Shown: positions 58,093 through 64,000 of the stretch, piece after piece
Layout: each line of letters starts with the position of its first letter
Numbering within the stretch: position 1 is the stretch's first letter
DNA from: Eledone cirrhosa
Taxonomy: Eukaryota
DNA: 64,000 bases
Assembly: GCA_964016885.1 (NCBI GenBank)
Contig: OZ024742.1
Span: 367,040,001 to 367,104,000 of the forward strand
Reading direction: 5' to 3'
Made by a program: the position numbers and the translations under genes
Notes under the pieces: model-generated
Told to the model about the DNA's origin: nothing
The model's input: only the letters and a program-made list of their open reading frames with translations
The model's database searches: none

Positions 58093-61000
58093 CTTCATAG
58101 AAAAAAAGAAAGAGTTCTTAATTAATGATGGAGTCATGAAGGTGCTCTCCTGGCCATTTTAAAACTGGCGGAGCTCATCTCCACCCAGGTCCAAGCACAG
58201 TCGATGTCTTCAAGTGTAAGAGAAAGAAATATATATGTGTATTTCATATGCTCACAGATGATTGCATTTGAATCCTCTCACTTGCATTCTAGCACGACAC
58301 TGTCATGTTTCAAATGTTTAGAAATAGAATCAGCGCTATAGATTATGCCTTGTTGTTGTTGCTACTGTTACTGACCAATGAAATTATTCTCCAACACACT
58401 ACAGCAATCTCTACTTAGCAGATATGTCCTCCACTCTCTGACTTTTTTATACCTCGACTTCTGTTGGACTTGGAAGGCACAGAGCCGGAACAGATAACAT
58501 AAAGCCTCCCATTTAACAATTTCGTCAAACCACCGCCCCTAAACAGGTATTTCATTTATTAAAGGCGAAAGTTTGAAAGGTAACGTTGACTTCGGTGGAA
58601 TTTGAACTCTGGTCGAAGTGAGCCGAAATAAATAACGATACCTTAACGAATCTCTCAATTCATCGCCTCCGAATGTAAGAAGTGCGAATCACGTGTGAAG
58701 AAAAACATATTATATATATATATTATCGTAGAGAAAGGATTGTATAACATGGCAGTAATAAACTATGGGGCGTCAATGTGGGTTTTATCGAGGTTCGAAA
58801 CCTTGGAGCAAGAACAGTCCCTCTCCTTTCTTTCTTCAGAAAGATTATCTCATATAATGGGAGGGAAGAGAAAGTCCGTTAAATCTACCCCAGTGCGTTA
58901 CTGGTACTTTATTTAATCGACTCCCCTAAGGATGAAAGGCAAGGCTAACCTCTGCGGGATTTAAACTCAGACCGTCAAGGGAAGTAACTATATGCCGCAA
59001 GACGTTGCCCGACGCTCCACCGATTACAGCCAAATATATAATTAATAATAAAGATCTCCATTTAGTAATGACTGACCATTGAATGTTATTCTGTCCACCA
59101 GGACCACTAGGTGGACTGACCTTTGACCTCCACAAATAGATTACAATACTCTGCTATCTATGCATAATTAGATTAATTCTCTACCAATACTACCAACACG
59201 TTGCCCTAACTATTGCATTTAATGAAACTCAGTATTGTTGAGTGTTTGAGAATAATGCTGTGATAGAAACATGATGAACTTTATTCTGATTAATTTGCTA
59301 TATTTTACACCGGGTTCGAGTTATACTAGGGGTTATATTTGAATACGATGCCCCAGGTTAATAAAATGATGTTGATGATGTAACAACATTCAGCAAATCA
59401 ATTCGTTCAACTATACACAGCTCTTTTGTATCCTGTGAAAAATAATCAATATTGTTTTCGTTGTTGCCTGATCAAATTAGATTAGAGAATCTTAATTAGC
59501 TGCAGACCTTTTGGCCCCTTTGCTTTGATTGTTATCTCACCTGATAGGAATTTTGTAGAAAAGAGACCCGAAACAAACGAATAACAACAAAATGAATATT
59601 TAAGAAATGTCTAACATAAAATAGGGTGCTTTAGTGATAACAATTCGTGACCAGAACACTGAAGTGTCATTGTATTCCTGTTAAACAACACGTTTGTGAG
59701 TTTCATTATAAAGTTAAGGAGATAATCAATAGTTTATCAGTGATCAATCTGGCTATGTTTATCAAATGCACATCAGGGGATCTATATAGATCATTATAAA
59801 TAAAAATTGTTTTTCCGAAGAGAAACGCTAAAAATAAATAAACAGTTTAAATGAAGTACTCAATACATAAGTAGAGAATGAACAAGTATATTTCATATAA
59901 AAATGGCTCATACAAGACTAGAACAACTTCGGTCGTTTCAAATCATTAGGATCATCATGATAATTTCTGAACTAAACTGAAGCAGTTCTAGTCTTATTGA
60001 AGTCATTTCTATATATCGTCTCTATACCACACTGATTTTATCTCACCCCCCCCACCCCACTCCTTTCTCTTACTTTTCTCTTATAATTGTCAGTTCTGTT
60101 CATTTTACCAGTTATAATCGTATAACTATGCAATTATTGCTTATAATTGTGTCTATTTCTGTTTGAGATTTACCCATGTTCCAATGAGTGTTGGGTTCAC
60201 TAAGCTATATTTTTTCTGCTATATATTTATCCCGTTTGTGGCTTTCTTCCTGTCAAAGTTTTATGTTCGTTCGTCTATTCCCTGGACACTATAACACACA
60301 GGACTACACATACCATCCTTAGAAAACACAGTCATGGGTGTAGCTGATGTCCAATATATGTGTTTAGTTATTTTCCGTTGGTTTAAGAAACGCCGTATGC
60401 CAGTGCAGTGCCCCTAGGTCGCCATCAGGATTTATGTGATAAAACAAAACGAAGAAAAATATATATAGAAAGAGAGAGAGGGGGTAGAGACGCCTTTCTG
60501 TCACCAATGACCAGAAGTTTTAAATCTAGAAGTTCCCCTCAGAGCAAGTTTTCTTTTTTTGTGTGTCTAAGACCAGCAGTCGCCCATGTTGTCCATGGGA
60601 AAGACAATGGCTGATGCCTTTGGTACCAGAGGTGCATGAGGAGATGCAGTGTGGATATATATACACGAGGCTCGGCTAAATGGTTTATAGTCTAAGATAC
60701 TCTCGTAGAAAGACCAAATGAGGTATATTTTTCAATATAATCTCTGAAAAGAAACAATGCAGTTACTAATAAGAAGATCTGAAATTAATGCATGTAAGAT
60801 TTCACAGTTCTAGCATCAATTCTTCCTAGACAACCTATAAACGTTCAGCTGCCCTTTGTATATATATCTGTGTGGATGTGTGTGTGCGTGTGTGTGTGCG
60901 CGCGTGTGTGTATGTGTGTGTGAGTGCGCGTGTGTGTATATATATACTTTTACGATATTGCGTGCATGCGTGTGTGTATAGATGTATATCTAACGTGATA

Positions 61001-61439
61001 GTCTAGTGTGTATTTGCATGTGTATATGAATATGTGTGACATGACAAATACAGTCTAGTTAATATTCTTATCACGAAAATATAATATAATGTCAGACGGT
61101 GTTATTAAATTGTTGACGATTTATGTAGGCGGTGAAGGACGACAATAGGTCTCTGCATAATTAGTGTACCACTTTGGAGAGTTCCACATCGTTTATCCGT
61201 TTACATGTATGAGAGTGTATATTCATTGACGTCATACATATACATAGAATTGTAGGTTGATGAATTTAGTCTTTATATTACCATAGATTATACATTTATA
61301 TAGATACATTACTAATAGTAGCGTCTCAAACACATACACATACTTTTATCTAACACATACATATGCTACATAGCTCGTCATTGTTTCACACACACACACT
61401 ACTATCTATATATAATGACATAGACCCCCGTGCACACAA

Positions 61440-61466
61440 ATACATACACATATATATATATATATG

Positions 61467-61519
<53 letters not shown>

Positions 61520-61535
61520 ATACATATATCTATAC

Positions 61536-61629
<94 letters not shown>

Positions 61630-61804
61630 AGATATATGTATATATATATATATAAATATATATATCTATATATATATATACAGGCATATATATATATATA
61701 TATATCTATATATATACAGGCATATATATATATATATATATATATATACAGGCATATATATATATATATACAGGCATATATATATATATATATATATATA
61801 TACA

Positions 61805-61839
<35 letters not shown>

Positions 61840-61864
61840 GCATATATATATATATATATATACA

Positions 61865-61933
<69 letters not shown>

Positions 61934-61988
61934 GCATATATATATATATATATATATATATACAGGCATATATATATATATATATACA

Positions 61989-62023
<35 letters not shown>

Positions 62024-62290
62024 GCATATATATATATATATATATATACAGGCATATATATATATATATATATACAGGCATATATATATATATATATATA
62101 TATACAGGCATATATATATATATATATACAGGCATATATATATATATATATATACAGGCATATATATATATATATATATATACAGGCATATATATATATA
62201 TATATATATACAGGCATATATATATATATATATATATATACAGGCATATATATATATATATATACAGGCATATATATATATATATATACA

Positions 62291-62341
<51 letters not shown>

Positions 62342-62420
62342 GCATATATATATATATATATATACAGGCATATATATATATATATATACAGGCATATATA
62401 TATATATATATATATATACA

Positions 62421-62459
<39 letters not shown>

Positions 62460-62562
62460 GCATATATATATATATATATACAGGCATATATATATATATA
62501 TATATATACAGGCATATATATATATATATATATATATACAGGCATATATATATATATATATA
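61440..62562. repeat. (TA)n array punctuated by CAGGCA
   Basis: Direct sequence. Confidence 0.95.
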
Positions 62563-62752
62563 TAGGAAAAAGTATGACCCCGACGGCAGAGCTCAAGCCG
62601 TTTAGACGGCTTGAGCTCTGCCGTCGGGGTCATACCTTTTTCCTATTACTCACTCTACTGCCCTAAGTATTGAGTACTCTGGTGCGTAAGGAACCAGGTG
62701 GACCATAACGCAGCAGAGTACTCGATACTTAGGGTAGTAGAGTGGATAATAT
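62563..62752 (+). mobile_element. GC-rich hairpin element, copy 3, double-hairpin form
   Basis: Hairpin 1 at 62563-62645 and hairpin 2 at about 62645-62750, the second made from the tail. Confidence 0.85.
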
Positions 62753-62759
62753 ATACATA

Positions 62760-63035
62760 TACAACAGAAACAAAAACAAAATGGTGTAGGACAGAACAAA
62801 GGTGAGGCAAAACAAAGAAAATAATCCCCAGTCACTGAAGAGGTCACAGAATGTGTGACGAAAGAACTGTGACAATATATGAACAACCGTCCGGTTGTGA
62901 AACCAATCAACGAACCAACCGGAAATTTATAAATTCTTAAATTTATAAATTTAATTTATAATAAATTGGAGTGAAAGCAACTGGTGCGTGTGTTTCTTAT
63001 TGGCAACATGACCCTCCCGAAGTATAACAATATAT
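62760..63035 (+). mobile_element. Solo PLE pLTR with hammerhead (62831-62873; triplet mutated to CUG)
   Basis: Reverse-complement homolog of 17810-18080. Confidence 0.88.
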
Positions 63036-63038
63036 ATT

Positions 63039-63152
<114 letters not shown>

Positions 63153-63610
63153 ATATATGTATGTATATGTGTATGTAAAAGTTAAACAGAAATGACATCA
63201 CAAACTCTACAGTATATGGAAGGAATATATTAGGTTCACGCTTCACATAGCAGGAAGAGGGTCTAAACGTTTCGGACGCTAGTCTTTCATCAGAAGAAAG
63301 AATGAGAAATTAGATAGATTGAAGGGACGGGTTGGACGTAGTTGGAAAAATGTCTTTAGATAAAAATAACAGGTTCATTGACGTTGCCATCTCTTGAAAA
63401 ACTGTTGGTGCTGGCGTTTTATTCTGCATTCTCTAAAATAATATTTGACATGATCGTATTGTGAGCTGGTGTCGATACAGTTGGATTTCTCTCTTAAATC
63501 TAATACCACGTGATATATACTTTCTTGTGGTTGTCATGCCACCGCCACCCGATGGCAGACACGCGAACAAATAATATTTCATATATATACATGTGTGAGT
63601 GTATATGTGA

Positions 63611-63649
<39 letters not shown>

Positions 63650-63650
<1 letters not shown>

Positions 63651-63876
63651 AAGCAACAGATTAAAGTTTAAGCAAATAATCGCTGCTTACTCCCTTAATG
63701 GGATCTTCTGAAACTTTTTTTTTGTTTCAAAAGATCCTGTTAAGGGTGAAAGCAGCGATTGTTTGCTTAAACTTTAATCTGTTATTTTAATAAATATTTG
63801 CTATACGGTTCTTATATATTTGATATATATTTATCCTTATCGAGCCCTCTTTGGGATTTAATCTTCGCATTTATTA
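63650..63876 (+). mobile_element. Fold-back element with a hammerhead-derived motif; non-folded copy at 51600-51835
   Basis: Arms at 63655-63714 and 63724-63783, then a tail. Motif CAGAAGA-TCCC GTTAA GGGT-GAAA. Confidence 0.75.
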
Positions 63877-64000
63877 GTGAATTGGCAGTATCAGTAGAGG
63901 GTCGGACGCCATGCTTTCCAGCATAGTTACGTCCCTTTACGATCTGAGTTCAAATCCCGCCAAGGTTAACTTTGCCTTTCATCCTTACGGGGTCGATAAA

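Noticed and set aside
61430-62633. YI-repeat ORFs
   Set aside because: Translations of (TA)n.

Overview
AT-rich, repeat-saturated eukaryotic genomic DNA. The SINE, LINE and microsatellite content looks like a cephalopod (octopus-like) genome; this is inference, not a database result. There is no complete host gene, only a few candidate micro-exons. Contents: a 12.7-kb 36-40-bp satellite; a decayed Tx1/L1-clade LINE; one near-complete and one decayed Penelope-like element (RT plus C-terminal GIY-YIG, Neptune-like) with hammerhead ribozymes in their pseudo-LTRs; CR1, CRE and RTE LINE fragments; many tRNA-derived SINEs; two MITEs; and large trinucleotide and (TA)n arrays. The main observation is that the (TA)n tracts host at least 8-10 unrelated non-coding 100-750-bp fold-back elements. 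Most carry an intact, split or decayed minimal type I hammerhead ribozyme with a family-specific palindromic stem III. They share the layout 'inverted partial copy + sense copy + tail' with the ends of the autonomous Penelope-like element, which suggests a diverse set of non-autonomous ribozyme retro-elements targeted to TA microsatellites.
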